From a virus (lineage: Duplodnaviria; Heunggongvirae; Uroviricota; Caudoviricetes): DNA of 61,429 nt. Position 1 is the stretch's first letter; each line of letters begins with the position of its first letter. The DNA is taken from positions 1 to 61,429 of IMG/VR virus record IMGVR_UViG_3300029305_004950, one strand, 5' to 3'. Positions 1 to 9,899 of the stretch are shown here, piece by piece. Both the position numbers and the translations under genes were made by a program. The notes under the pieces are model-generated. The model saw only the letters and a program-made list of their open reading frames with translations, was not told the origin of the DNA and ran no database searches.

Positions 1-116
1 CTGGTAGAACATTTAGACAAGATTTTAATAAGTTCTTTATTCTATTAGCTAAATTAATAAAACGTTATAAGATAAACATCAAAATAACTTCTTCTAGACT
101 TCCAATAGAACCATAA
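1..116 (+). CDS. 3' end of a gene entering from the left edge (hypothetical)
   Basis: Frame open from nt 3 (GRTFRQDFNKFF...LPIEP) to TAA at 114-116, converging on the next gene. Confidence 0.4.
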   Translation, partial: GRTFRQDFNKFFILLAKLIKRYKINIKITSSRLPIEP

Positions 117-143
117 CAAAAAAAAAATGAATTTAGTGAATTT

Positions 144-461
144 CTATTCACTAAATTCATTTTTAATTCTATAAAACTTTTTTGCTAAATCTTCTTGACT
201 TTGATAGAATTCAAACCATGATATTCTTGTTCTAAATTCATATACAAAATCCTCATTCAAGTCACCATATTTTGATATAAAGTACCAGATTACATAATCT
301 TTAAATTCTCTAATGAATTCATCTGAAAGTCTATATTTTTTACTTATATTCCACCAATAATGCTTATTATACCACCATTCCATATTTGGATGTTGTGTAA
401 CATCTTTATAGTTATAAACAACTTGTAGATCGAATATCTGTTTTTTAGTTAACTTTTTCAT
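144..461 (-). CDS. Trp-repeat family protein, dispersed member of paralog family A
   Basis: N-terminus KKLTKKQIFDLQVVY and LSDEFIREFKDYVIW-type repeats match the 7.7-11.7 kb array; early-type promoter at about 496-507. Confidence 0.75.
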   Translation of the reverse strand: MKKLTKKQIFDLQVVYNYKDVTQHPNMEWWYNKHYWWNISKKYRLSDEFIREFKDYVIWYFISKYGDLNEDFVYEFRTRISWFEFYQSQEDLAKKFYRIKNEFSE

Positions 462-589
462 TAGCTATATCCCGCCCTTTTATTTTTTTCAAATATAGAA
501 TATATATTTGAAAATCTTATAAAATTCAAAAAAAAAACAATTACATAAGACATATGATTATTGATGATAATCAAATTTAATGAAAGAGA

Positions 590-2023
590 GTGATAAAAAT
601 GGTTTTAGATAATCTAGTTAATGAATCCTATGAATACTTATTAGAGTATCAAAATACTCTATATGAATTAGATATGAAGATGATCAAGTGTGAACATGCT
701 TGTATTGTTAATGAAGATAGTAATATGATGATGCTAGCTGAAGAAGAATATAAAAATAAAGTACAGGCCACTTTAAAAGCTATTTGGAATAAGATTGTAA
801 TTACTATTGAAAGATTTATTATTGAAATCAGAAAATTTATCAATAATATCAAAACAAAATTCCTACTTAAAAAAGATATTAAGGAAAAGTTACAGAAAAT
901 AACAAAGTTATACAATACTGATGGTACATCATTTGATGTTGAAACTAAATTTAAAAATAAGAAATATGAAGATGGTTATAGTGACGGTCACCAAGATGTT
1001 TCTAAACTAAATACTGGTAAGTTAAGACTTACTGAATGGGATATTGACGTTATTCTAAATAATAATGCTTATGATACAGAAATTAGAAAAGTATTTGGTG
1101 AATTAACCAGTGGTGATAATGAAGCTGCTAAAAAAGCTTTAGAAATGTTTGATTCATTTAAACCTAATAAAACACCTGATTCTGGAGATGCTATCTTCTA
1201 TCGTACTAAAGGTTTTTCTAAGCTAATCATTAATGCATATGAAACTATGCAAAAAGCTCCTGAATGGATTAGACTATTAGAAAAATGCAGAAATGATGCT
1301 AAACAAAAAGCTCGTTTAATTGGTAGTGAAGATGTTAAATCTACTGCAGATGCTACTTACTATCAACGTACCATCAATAAAGGTATTATGCATATTCAGA
1401 AAATTATGAATGCTAGCTTTAAGATTCTATATACTCTTGAAAAAATTGACTTTACTGATAATACAGAAAAAGTAAAGAGAGAAAAAGAAATGAAAGAATA
1501 TACTAGAAAACAAAAAGAAGCTATGGATAATTTAAGAAAAACAAAAGAAGATTTTAGTAAAAAAAGTCAGGCTAGACATGATGAATTAAATAAAGTATTA
1601 GAACGTTTAAAAGATGTTAATAATGAAGATATTAAGAAACAACAAGAAAAAAATAGTAAAGATTTAGATGATTTATTAGGAAAAATTAATAAGAAAAAAG
1701 GCAATGAAGATATTAAGAAACAACAAGAAAAAAATAGTAAAGATTTAGATGATTTATTAGGAGAACTTAATAAGAAAGAAGATAAAGAATCTAAAGGAAT
1801 TCAAAAGAAATTTAAAGAAAAATATGGATCATTTGAAAAATTTAAAAATAGCATTGTAAACACATATCTAGATGATGACATTGCAGCTGATTTAGATGAA
1901 GCAAAAGATGCAAAACGTAAAGCTATTAGAAGAGTAAATCTTTATAAAGAAGTATTAACTGATGAACAGTATAAAGAATTAATCGATATGGTTAAATCTT
2001 TTAAATACGCTGTAGAGGAATAA
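590..2023 (+). CDS. probable virion (internal head) protein, coiled-coil, with internal duplication
   Basis: 477 aa; AACA-N6-TA at 536-547; Glu-rich N-terminus with LxE-like sites. Confidence 0.5.
   Translation: MIKMVLDNLVNESYEYLLEYQNTLYELDMKMIKCEHACIVNEDSNMMMLAEEEYKNKVQATLKAIWNKIVITIERFIIEIRKFINNIKTKFLLKKDIKEKLQKITKLYNTDGTSFDVETKFKNKKYEDGYSDGHQDVSKLNTGKLRLTEWDIDVILNNNAYDTEIRKVFGELTSGDNEAAKKALEMFDSFKPNKTPDSGDAIFYRTKGFSKLIINAYETMQKAPEWIRLLEKCRNDAKQKARLIGSEDVKSTADATYYQRTINKGIMHIQKIMNASFKILYTLEKIDFTDNTEKVKREKEMKEYTRKQKEAMDNLRKTKEDFSKKSQARHDELNKVLERLKDVNNEDIKKQQEKNSKDLDDLLGKINKKKGNEDIKKQQEKNSKDLDDLLGELNKKEDKESKGIQKKFKEKYGSFEKFKNSIVNTYLDDDIAADLDEAKDAKRKAIRRVNLYKEVLTDEQYKELIDMVKSFKYAVEE
1622..1762 (+). 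repeat. 60-nt exact intragenic direct repeat (1622-1681 and 1703-1762)
   Basis: Encodes NEDIKKQQEKNSKDLDDLLG twice, period 81 nt. Confidence 0.9.
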
Positions 2024-2027
2024 TTTT

Positions 2028-2059
2028 TAGAGGAATATCCAATTAAGGATATTCCTCTA
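2028..2059. terminator. hairpin terminator between convergent genes
   Basis: tagaggaatatcc-aattaa-ggatattcctcta, perfect 13-bp stem. Confidence 0.7.
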
Positions 2060-2062
2060 CTT

Positions 2063-2452
2063 TCATTTATTCTTTTCCCATAGATCATGTCCTATAGAAC
2101 CAAATCTATCAATCTTATTCAATTCTTCTATTTGACTTAACATAGTATAAGTTCCTATTTTTCCACCACCATCTATTTTCTTTCTCAAGTCCAAATAAGC
2201 AGATTCTTCAATCATGTCATTAGCTAAACCATTATAGCTACTAGCTTTACTAGCTCTAACTCTAGCTGAATTAGTATTAGCTTCTTTTAAGTTATGAGCC
2301 ATTCTAACCATACTAGATTTTCTATCGGCTGGTGCTTTACCATTTACTGGCATCTGGAATCTAGATAAGTTAGTACCATAAGCTAATGCATATCTACCAA
2401 CTAAGTAAGAGAAGAGACTATCGTCATGTCCTCCAAGAGAGTGACCGATTTT
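2063..2452 (-). CDS. terL: terminase large subunit, exon 3
   Basis: Splicing gives ...LERDNKG|KIGHSLGGHDDSLFSY, with the HDD motif of the RNase H-like nuclease domain; in frame after intron removal. Confidence 0.85.
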   Translation of the reverse strand, partial: KIGHSLGGHDDSLFSYLVGRYALAYGTNLSRFQMPVNGKAPADRKSSMVRMAHNLKEANTNSARVRASKASSYNGLANDMIEESAYLDLRKKIDGGGKIGTYTMLSQIEELNKIDRFGSIGHDLWEKNK

Positions 2453-2704
2453 CTTTATCTTGTCTTGACATTTGTAAGATGTCATGCACTATGTAACCAT
2501 AGTGACCGAGACTATATCTTTGTTTATTACTTATGTAATAAACATTTTCTATTTCCATTATACTCATAATGTACTATTTTAGTCGTTGAACTATTAAAAA
2601 CGTATTTTTAAGCTTTTTATTTATATATTATAACTATAGTAAAGAAGATAAAGAGATTGAAATTATCTTCAAAAAATTTTAAACATAAAAAGGAGCTTGT
2701 TATT

Positions 2705-2974
2705 ATGATTACTGTTATCGCTGGTATTACTGCAAAGGTCGTTATTGGAACTATTCTCAAGACTGTTGGTACTGGTATCCTTTTCGGTGCTAGCACATAT
2801 GCTGGTGTCAAGGGATCTGACAAGGTTGTTAAGACCTTTAAGGCAAAGAAAGCTGCAAAGGAAACCGTTGAAACTGAGAATGTCGAAGATACTACCGAAT
2901 CCACCAAGGAAGATGAAGTAACTGAGAATACTGAAAATACTGCTGAAACTGCAAATAATGCAAAAGAAGCATAA
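2705..2974 (+). CDS. small protein (89 aa) with hydrophobic Gly-rich N-terminus and acidic tail, encoded antisense inside intron 2
   Basis: AAGGAG Shine-Dalgarno before ATG 2705; early-type promoter at 2622-2631; own terminator; codon usage like the highly expressed genes in this window. Confidence 0.75.
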   Translation: MITVIAGITAKVVIGTILKTVGTGILFGASTYAGVKGSDKVVKTFKAKKAAKETVETENVEDTTESTKEDEVTENTENTAETANNAKEA

Positions 2975-2982
2975 TCAATCAT

Positions 2983-3019
2983 AAAAAGAGACTTATTCTA
3001 TATGAGTCTCTTTTTTTTT
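2983..3019 (+). terminator. intrinsic terminator of the intron-borne antisense gene
   Basis: aaaaagagacttat/atgagtctc stem with a U.G pair on the + strand, followed by 9 T. Confidence 0.8.
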
Positions 3020-3108
3020 ACATACGTTTTTAATAGCTGCTGATTTTCTTATATAAGATATAAGAACTTCCAGCAATTAAGAAAATTTATAAAAGAGCAA
3101 AATTTTCT

Positions 3109-4117
3109 ACCCTTATTGTCTCGTTCTAATCCCTTTATATCTGAATAAAGGTTAGGAGTTGCTAATTTCTCAGGATTTTCATTAACCATATCATTCAAGA
3201 TTTCTAGCATTAAGTCACGAGAACCACTACCAGAAGAATTACTAGTAGTACTTACACCATAAATCTGAACTTTTTCTTTTTTACTAACATGAACTATTTC
3301 AGTTTTAGATTTTTCTATCTTAGTACCTTTACGATCCTTATACTCATAGTATAAGTTTCTAGCTATAGGTGTTTTCATTAAAGCTTGTAATATAGCAATA
3401 CCAATAGAGTTATTTTCTATTACTACCATAGAATTTCTGAAATAGAAACCAACTAATTTAACAAGTAGATTCTTAAAGTCATCAGTGTTTATCTTATTTT
3501 CTCTGAATTCACCTATAACTTCAAATGTCATAGGATGGAAAATAGTAATTGCTGATGCGTCTTGTGATAAACCAGTACCAACGTCACAGGATATTATCCA
3601 AGGTTTATCATAATCTATATCCGTAGTATAAAGATCGATTTTCCAGAATTTGTCTATAGGTATCATAGCTACTGGCTCTTTAAGGTGTTTTTCAATTGCA
3701 ACTAATTGTTCTTCTGAGAATACTGAAACATCAGATGCCTTAGTCCATTCTAGTAGAATCTCACGTTTAATTTTCAATAGGTCATTATTCAATGCACGAC
3801 AGTTTTCTCTGTACCATGCTTCATCTCTACCTAATTGTTTGTAAGAAAATTCTATATAGAGGAAGTCATTATCGGATTTCTTATCTAGACATTCCTGAAC
3901 TTCTTCTACAGTCCAGTCATACATACACTCATCAAAGCGACAAGCTTTTTCTACCATTTCAGACTTACACCAAGTTCCTTCAGCTTCAGGATTGTTATCT
4001 ATATTGTTAGGGGTTGTAATAATGGTAGCTCCATAGAAAGAACCATTTTTTCTAGCTTCAACTCTAGCCTGAGACTGTGCAGGTGCAGCTGCTTGGAAAA
4101 CTATTTTGTTGTACTTT
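3109..4117 (-). CDS. terL: terminase large subunit, exon 2
   Basis: KYNKIVFQAAAPA...IITTPN coupling motif and ISCDVGTG nuclease motif; continuous with ORF 3049-3957. Confidence 0.88.
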
Positions 4118-5333
4118 CATTCATATTTGTATAGATTCGTTACATCTATAATTAACTAGATATTTCTATCTAGATTAGACTATATCAAAACCATTATTAT
4201 AGGTTTTTCTTATTTCCATTACACTTGTAATGTACGTAATAGTCGTTAAACTAATTTTCTTTTAATTCTTCTTCCAATATCCTTTCTAAAGAATCAAATT
4301 CTGTATATGGAATTCGTATTAATCTAATTTCATTATTTCTACAATATTCATTCTTAATTTGATCATGTTTCTGAATAGTTTTAAATTTTTTCTCAACTTT
4401 TTCTTTATCTTTACAACCAAAATCTATTGGTTTATAATGTTGAATACCATCATATTCAATACAAATATTTAAATTTGGTAAAAAGAAATCAAATGGTAAA
4501 GTATGTTTATCTCTACAATCTTCAAATCTTTTTTCTGCTATGAAGTTAAATGAGTTTTCTGTTAACCAATTACGAATTTTATCTTCTGCTTTACTAGAAA
4601 ATAAACAGTTACATCTATCTCCATTAATGAATCTATTTGCTATAATAGGATATTCAGCTCCGCATAAAACATGTTTAACAGTTATAGGTTCTTTTATCTT
4701 TGTGTATTCTGATAAAAGTTCATATTCTCCTTTACTAATCTTTTCAAATTCTTTTCTAAATTCTTTAGGATCAGTAGTTTTATTTTTTCGTCTACTTATC
4801 TCGGAACATTTTGGACATCTAGTTCCTATAGTTCTGCCAGATGCAGGATATATAAAATTTGAAGGAGTACATTCAAATTCTTCACCACATGTATTATGTC
4901 TCATTTCAATATCTCTATGTTCATTAATGTAATCTCCGATAACAGTATATTCATCACCAGTTAATTCAAATACTTTATTTTCAAAATCTTCTTGTGTATT
5001 ACTTCTATTAATAATTCTGTTAATGGCTCCACATTTTGGACAATTAGCTTTATGGCGTTTAAAGTCATTAGCATCAGGAGCATCATATACATTACCACAA
5101 ATTTTATGTTTAACTTTTATTGATTCATGACATTTTGTATATTCACCAAGAACTTCATATTCCTCTTTAAGAGAATCATCAAGACTTGAAATATACCATT
5201 CAGTTGTATATTTTCCCATAGTTTAAAATGAAATTAGAATTAAAAGAAAAATTTAGCTGTTGATTATCTATATAGAATTTCCAACAATTAAAGAAATTTT
5301 GATACGATATTTCTACCGTAAAACCCTAAGCCA
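4118..5333 (-). ncRNA. group I intron 1 of terL (1216 nt) with a homing endonuclease ORF in P6a
   Basis: P1 CCU|UGGCUUAGGG; P AAUUGUUGGAAA and Q AAUCAACAGC (compensatory change relative to the other introns); R UUUAACGACUA; S UGAUAUAGUCUA; terminal G at 4118; splice gives WDEFAFL-KYN. Confidence 0.9.
4251..5219 (-). CDS. intron-encoded putative homing endonuclease (Zn-ribbon repeats plus Vsr/DUF559-like nuclease domain)
   Basis: Three H-x-x-CG...C repeats followed by LPFDF...IEYDGIQHY; lies within intron 1. Confidence 0.8.
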   Translation of the reverse strand: MGKYTTEWYISSLDDSLKEEYEVLGEYTKCHESIKVKHKICGNVYDAPDANDFKRHKANCPKCGAINRIINRSNTQEDFENKVFELTGDEYTVIGDYINEHRDIEMRHNTCGEEFECTPSNFIYPASGRTIGTRCPKCSEISRRKNKTTDPKEFRKEFEKISKGEYELLSEYTKIKEPITVKHVLCGAEYPIIANRFINGDRCNCLFSSKAEDKIRNWLTENSFNFIAEKRFEDCRDKHTLPFDFFLPNLNICIEYDGIQHYKPIDFGCKDKEKVEKKFKTIQKHDQIKNEYCRNNEIRLIRIPYTEFDSLERILEEELKEN

Positions 5334-6007
5334 AGGAATGCAAACTCGTCCCACATTACTAATGGTGCAGTGAGACCACGACCACGTTTATCTGACTCAC
5401 TAGCTGATGTAGCTGAAGATAATGCACGAATAGTATTACCAGTAGCAGTATTGGTTATATACTCTAGATTATCTACATCTCGTTTATCTCTAGTTTTTAA
5501 GTAAGATGGTAAGTTCTCATCTATAGACTTAATGATTTTTAGGTTATTCTTACTACCACCAAAGTCTTTATGCATGAATAGGATATTTGAGTTCAATGTA
5601 CCAAATCTATAAAACCATTCAAACATACATAAAGATGATACGGTTTTACCATGCTGACGAGGTAGTAGTGATATAGAGTTGAAGTTGTTAACCATACACC
5701 AAGTAATAGCAAGATTACCACGATGCAATTCGTATCTTTTTTTACCACCAGCGACATCAAGGATAACAACTTCTCTTAAGAAATACCAAGGGTTACGTCT
5801 AATTTCAGCTAAAATACGTATTTTCTGTTCTTTAGTTAAGTTAGCTTCATCTCTAGGATTTACACCTTGTAAGGTCTTATCATAAAGTTTTAGGAAGAAT
5901 TTGTTATTCTTTATACCTAAAGCTTTCAGGATTTTATACATTCGTTTAAAAGATTTGTTATCAGTTTGAGCATCTATGATATAGGAATTATTTGAAGTAG
6001 TATTCAT
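5334..6007 (-). CDS. terL: terminase large subunit, exon 1 (spliced product 690 aa)
   Basis: Walker A LPRQHGKT, Walker B VMWDEFAF; exons 674+1009+390 nt = 691 codons; late promoter at 6049-6060. Confidence 0.9.
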
Positions 6008-6187
6008 AAACGAAAAGATTTCCTCCTTTCCTTTAGTAATTATTGAATTAATTGAATGTTGTTTGGTAGTTTTACATATAAAACATTAAAGATTGTTTCA
6101 CTCAAAACAAAAAATTATAAAAATTGAATAATGTAAACATAATACTATTACTTATTTTTTATAATACGGAAGGAGTCTTATAAAGCT

Positions 6188-6904
6188 ATGGCAAAAAGAG
6201 ACTATTATAGAGAAGAGGATTTTAAGAAGAATCCTCCTAGTGATCTAAAGTACGATATTTTCTATGGACTAACTTTAGATGAAGAACAAACTGCATTTAG
6301 AGATGCTATTTGGAATCCTGAAAAGCTTATAATCTTTGTTGATGCAAAAGCAGGTACTGGCAAGACAATGATTGCTACTGCTACTGCTAATCTGTTAGTA
6401 AAATACGGATTATATAAAGGTATTGTCTATGTAGCTGCTCCTACCCAAGAAAGCAAAATAGGCTTCCTTCCTGGTGACATCGATCAAAAATCAGCACCTT
6501 ATTTTGAACCTTTCTTTCAAGCATTAAACAAGTTAAATGTAGATGTTAATACAACTGTTAATCAGATGGATATAATGAACCAAAAGAAAGGTACTGGGTA
6601 TATCGATGTATTAACACATAGTTATCTACGTGGTTGTAACTTTGAAAATAAGATTATAATAGTTGATGAAACACAGAATTTCTATGGTGATCAGTTAAAG
6701 AAAGTTTTAACTAGAATTCATGATGACTGTAAGGTTATTGTTATAGGACATAGTGGTCAGATTGACTTATATGAACATCCTGAACATAGTGGTTTTGTTA
6801 AATACATAGAACATTTTAAGGATGATCCTAGATCTGCAGTATGTAAACTAACTAAGAACTATCGTGGTTGGATTAGTAGCCATGCTGATGAACTAGAATT
6901 CTAA
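6188..6904 (+). CDS. phoH: PhoH-family ATPase
   Basis: AKAGTGKT, IGFLPGD, YLRG, IIVDETQN, GHSGQID motifs. Confidence 0.9.
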   Translation: MAKRDYYREEDFKKNPPSDLKYDIFYGLTLDEEQTAFRDAIWNPEKLIIFVDAKAGTGKTMIATATANLLVKYGLYKGIVYVAAPTQESKIGFLPGDIDQKSAPYFEPFFQALNKLNVDVNTTVNQMDIMNQKKGTGYIDVLTHSYLRGCNFENKIIIVDETQNFYGDQLKKVLTRIHDDCKVIVIGHSGQIDLYEHPEHSGFVKYIEHFKDDPRSAVCKLTKNYRGWISSHADELEF

Positions 6905-6912
6905 AAAAAAAT

Positions 6913-6950
6913 AAAGACTAAAGGGAGATTTAATTCCCTTTAGTCTTTTT
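6913..6950. terminator. bidirectional intrinsic terminator
   Basis: aaagactaaaggga...tccctttagtcttttt between convergent genes. Confidence 0.8.
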
Positions 6951-7459
6951 TATAATTCTGTTCTTATAGCTTCTACTATATCATACTTACACTTAACAGA
7001 TTCTAAGATTTCCTTTACTAGTTTACTCTCTTCTTTGCCTTTAGCAAAGATTTCAAGTTGTCCACCTTTTTTCATCTTACTATAGTAGATAGATCTATAA
7101 GTATAAGGGATATCTTTAGTATCTAAGATATCTACAACCTTATAAAGTACTTCAATATCCTTGATAGTTACTGATATTTTCCATAACTTATCTTTCTTAA
7201 ATCTATCAATCAACCAAAGTGCAAAGTATACACCTATTAGGTTTGTAAAGAAAGTAATTAAGGCAGCAATCCATACATCACATTCTGAAATTTGTTTGAT
7301 GATAACAGTATTGATGGTATAGTTTAGACAGTTGATAAATGTAGCTACTTGTTTACTAGCTTTAACAGTCAATACTGTTTTCATAGTAGAAATAACTACA
7401 TTGACTAAACTTGAACAGAAAAATACTAAAACTGACATTGTAAAAAGTTCTTTAATCAT
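6950..7459 (-). CDS. membrane protein, DUF5698/DUF2179 (UPF0316)-like
   Basis: Three hydrophobic segments (NVVISTMKTVLTVK...NLIGVYFALWL) plus a small soluble C-terminal domain. Confidence 0.55.
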   Translation of the reverse strand: MIKELFTMSVLVFFCSSLVNVVISTMKTVLTVKASKQVATFINCLNYTINTVIIKQISECDVWIAALITFFTNLIGVYFALWLIDRFKKDKLWKISVTIKDIEVLYKVVDILDTKDIPYTYRSIYYSKMKKGGQLEIFAKGKEESKLVKEILESVKCKYDIVEAIRTEL

Positions 7460-7507
7460 AAAATCTCATCTTTCTATTTTTTATTCTAATGGATTTTATT
7501 GTTCGTT

Positions 7508-7687
7508 TTAATCTACTAGAATAAAGTTTGCAGATGAGCCGTAACCCTCTATTTCTATATGATCATGTCCTTCTAGTAACATTCCAATTGCTATTTCCCA
7601 ACCAAATGGAGTCTTTATACCATTTGAATTAAGAATTTCTTCAGCTTCTTTCATAGTAGTACTTTTAGTTATAGTTTTGTAATCCAT
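7508..7687 (-). CDS. hypothetical protein (59 aa; not in the ORF track)
   Basis: MDYKTITKSTTMKEAEEILNSNG...FILVD* with GGAG Shine-Dalgarno; fills the gap in the operon. Confidence 0.65.
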   Translation of the reverse strand: MDYKTITKSTTMKEAEEILNSNGIKTPFGWEIAIGMLLEGHDHIEIEGYGSSANFILVD

Positions 7688-7702
7688 ATTTGTATCTCCA
7701 TT

Positions 7703-8152
7703 TTAGTACTTTATACTATCTATAATCATTTCCTTAACCTTATCTGAAATTTCCTTATTTCTAAATACATTGCACCAATTCAAATACCATTTGTATTTGA
7801 CTAAGAATTTTCTAGATAATTTTTGATAGTATGAAACCATATCCCAATCAATGTAATCAATAAACTCAATTATGAAACTTTGACTGAGAGTTTGTTTCAT
7901 ACATAAATCATGCCAATCTAGTTGATCGTAATGCTTTCTTATTGTATCTTCTGAAAGTACCTGTGTTGAAGATATGAGTTGAAAGTCTAAATACTCAGCA
8001 AATTCGTCTATGAATTTGCTGCTTAGTTTTTGATGTATTTGTATATCCTTCCAGTACTCTTTACGATTCCACCATGTTTCGTATTTAGTCTGATAGTTAC
8101 TTGTGTAATTATAGTTTTGTAGACTTTGTATTTCTGTTTCAGTTAGTCTCAT
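7703..8152 (-). CDS. Trp-repeat family protein (array A, gene 7)
   Basis: Regular LS-x-x-FI...(L/I)DW repeats. Confidence 0.8.
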   Translation of the reverse strand: MRLTETEIQSLQNYNYTSNYQTKYETWWNRKEYWKDIQIHQKLSSKFIDEFAEYLDFQLISSTQVLSEDTIRKHYDQLDWHDLCMKQTLSQSFIIEFIDYIDWDMVSYYQKLSRKFLVKYKWYLNWCNVFRNKEISDKVKEMIIDSIKY

Positions 8153-8720
8153 TTAACGCCTCCTCTATATGATTTTGTAGATATTTTATTAGCTTAAGTT
8201 TAGTTTTCTTACTAAAATTGGAATTATTAAAGCAGTTCTTCAGATCTATATAATCTTTCATTTCAATTAAAAAGTCCTCTGTAAATCTATATGTTTTGCA
8301 TAAACGTTTCCAATTTAGTTTATCTTTATAATTTCTAACAAAATCATCATTATTTCTTATTACATTTGATATTTGATCCCAACAATTTTTAGTCATATAT
8401 GACTCATATCGTTCAGCTATACTTACGATAGTTTCTCTAGACATCAAATGGCTAATACGATGATTATTACTTACTATATACATCCAAGCATTATTTGTCA
8501 AACAATCTTTATATAAATCTATAAACTCAAAGATTTTATCTAAATTATCTTTAAAGAAACAGTTCATTTCTATTGAAAATTCTTCCAGAAAGAGATGGTC
8601 ATCTTTTAAAATATCATCAATAGAAATATGGTTAATGACTTTTTTAAATTCTGAAGAAAACATTGGCTTATAAACCATCTCTAGATTAAACTTCTGTATT
8701 TTAGTTAGTTCTTTACTCAT
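8139..8720 (-). CDS. Trp-repeat family protein (array A, gene 6)
   Basis: LTKIQKFNLEMVYK N-terminus; YKDKLNW...EMKDYID. Confidence 0.8.
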   Translation of the reverse strand: MSKELTKIQKFNLEMVYKPMFSSEFKKVINHISIDDILKDDHLFLEEFSIEMNCFFKDNLDKIFEFIDLYKDCLTNNAWMYIVSNNHRISHLMSRETIVSIAERYESYMTKNCWDQISNVIRNNDDFVRNYKDKLNWKRLCKTYRFTEDFLIEMKDYIDLKNCFNNSNFSKKTKLKLIKYLQNHIEEALNETN

Positions 8721-9295
8721 AGTTTCTCTCCTAACTTATCATTTCTATAGTCATTAATAAAGTCATTTAGATGAGTTTCCATAAATGTCCTTATAAAGCT
8801 ATAAATCTTATGTCTTTTATCTATATTCTTTAGTATAACATCCATATCTATATAGTCTTTCATTTCATACAAGAATTCTGGTGTAAAGTCGTGATAACCA
8901 GAAATTAGAACCCAATCTAGTTTATCTTTGTATTTTCTAATAAATTCTTCATTACTATGGAAAAAGTAATTATGACAAAGCCTCTCCCAACATCTTGTTT
9001 CTAAATCAAATTGGTCGTGGAACATATCTGCAAAGCGTACAGGATCTTGATTAATAAAAGCATGAGCTACATTTGTTACACGATACCAATTTATAAAATC
9101 TTCATAATCAACTAAGAATGTATAAGTAGCATCTAAATCATTCTTATAGATTTCATCTATAAAATCTACAAACTTATTGATAAAAGCTTTATCATCTTTA
9201 AAACTAGATAATTCAATACTAGATACTGTAGAGAATAATGGTTTATAGATTAACTCTAAATCAAACTTTTCCTGTTTAGATAACTTCTTTTTCAT
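8717..9295 (-). CDS. Trp-repeat family protein (array A, gene 5)
   Basis: LSKQEKFDLELIYK; YKDKLDW...EMKDYID. Confidence 0.8.
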   Translation of the reverse strand: MKKKLSKQEKFDLELIYKPLFSTVSSIELSSFKDDKAFINKFVDFIDEIYKNDLDATYTFLVDYEDFINWYRVTNVAHAFINQDPVRFADMFHDQFDLETRCWERLCHNYFFHSNEEFIRKYKDKLDWVLISGYHDFTPEFLYEMKDYIDMDVILKNIDKRHKIYSFIRTFMETHLNDFINDYRNDKLGEKL

Positions 9296-9899
9296 GGTTA
9301 ACTATCTCCTCACTTTTACTAGAAGGATCATATGTAAGTACTTCTTCTTCATGATCAAAGAAATACTTAAGAATCTGATCACCTAGTTTTGATCTAATAC
9401 GAAACGTAGAATTTCTATTAAACACTTTAGTTTTAAGGATTTTTAGATTTATATAATCTTTCATCTCTAAATAGAACTCAGGAGAAAAGTCATGACATTC
9501 AGAAATAGAATCCCAGTTTATTTTATCTTTATACTTTCTAATAAGTTTCTCATTCCTACAAAAATATGGATGCTTGCTTAGACAATCCCAACATTTTTTG
9601 TCAAAGTATTTATTGTACTTATTAACAATTGTAGTTAGGTTATTATTCACGGTAGTATTCCAATAAGAAACACCAAATACTCTTTGCCAATTTATGACAT
9701 TTTTATAGTCACTTAAGAATTTCAATATAACAGTTCTATTACCATAAAAAACTCTATCTAAATTTTCTGTTATGACATCCAAAGCTTTAAAAGTTAGAGT
9801 ATTGATATTTGTAAAACTTGTCTCAGTACTAGGTATTTTACTCTTATAAATCATCTCCCAATCAAATAACTGTTTCTTAGTAAATTCTCTTTTAGCCAT
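9276..9899 (-). CDS. Trp-repeat family protein (array A, gene 4)
   Basis: FTKKQLFDWEMIYK; YKDKINW...EMKDYIN. Confidence 0.8.
   Translation of the reverse strand: MAKREFTKKQLFDWEMIYKSKIPSTETSFTNINTLTFKALDVITENLDRVFYGNRTVILKFLSDYKNVINWQRVFGVSYWNTTVNNNLTTIVNKYNKYFDKKCWDCLSKHPYFCRNEKLIRKYKDKINWDSISECHDFSPEFYLEMKDYINLKILKTKVFNRNSTFRIRSKLGDQILKYFFDHEEEVLTYDPSSKSEEIVNHEKEVI

Larger units (their letters stand above)
2453..3108 (-). ncRNA. group I intron 2 of terL (656 nt, IA-like) carrying an antisense gene in P6a
   Basis: 5' exon ends in U; P1 AAGGGU/GCUCUU with U.G pair; P AAUUGCUGGAAG, Q AAUCAGCAGC, R GUUCAACGACUA, S AAGAUAUAGUCU; terminal G at 2453; reading frame restored. Confidence 0.9.

Noticed and set aside
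2617-2982. 121-aa minus-strand ORF as the intron 2 product
   Set aside because: Mirror of the + strand gene; the Shine-Dalgarno, promoter and terminator polarity all favour the + strand
2606-3021. Trans-splicing of intron 2 caused by the internal terminator
   Set aside because: The hairpin is weaker on the minus strand (A.C mismatch, 5 U) and I found no minus-strand promoter for a separate 3' half, so cis-splicing is simpler
3049-3108. ORF-track ends RKFCSF...LI, GLGFYG...FL (5288-5333) and start MTSYKCQDKIK (2453-2485)
   Set aside because: These are translations of intron sequence, not terminase
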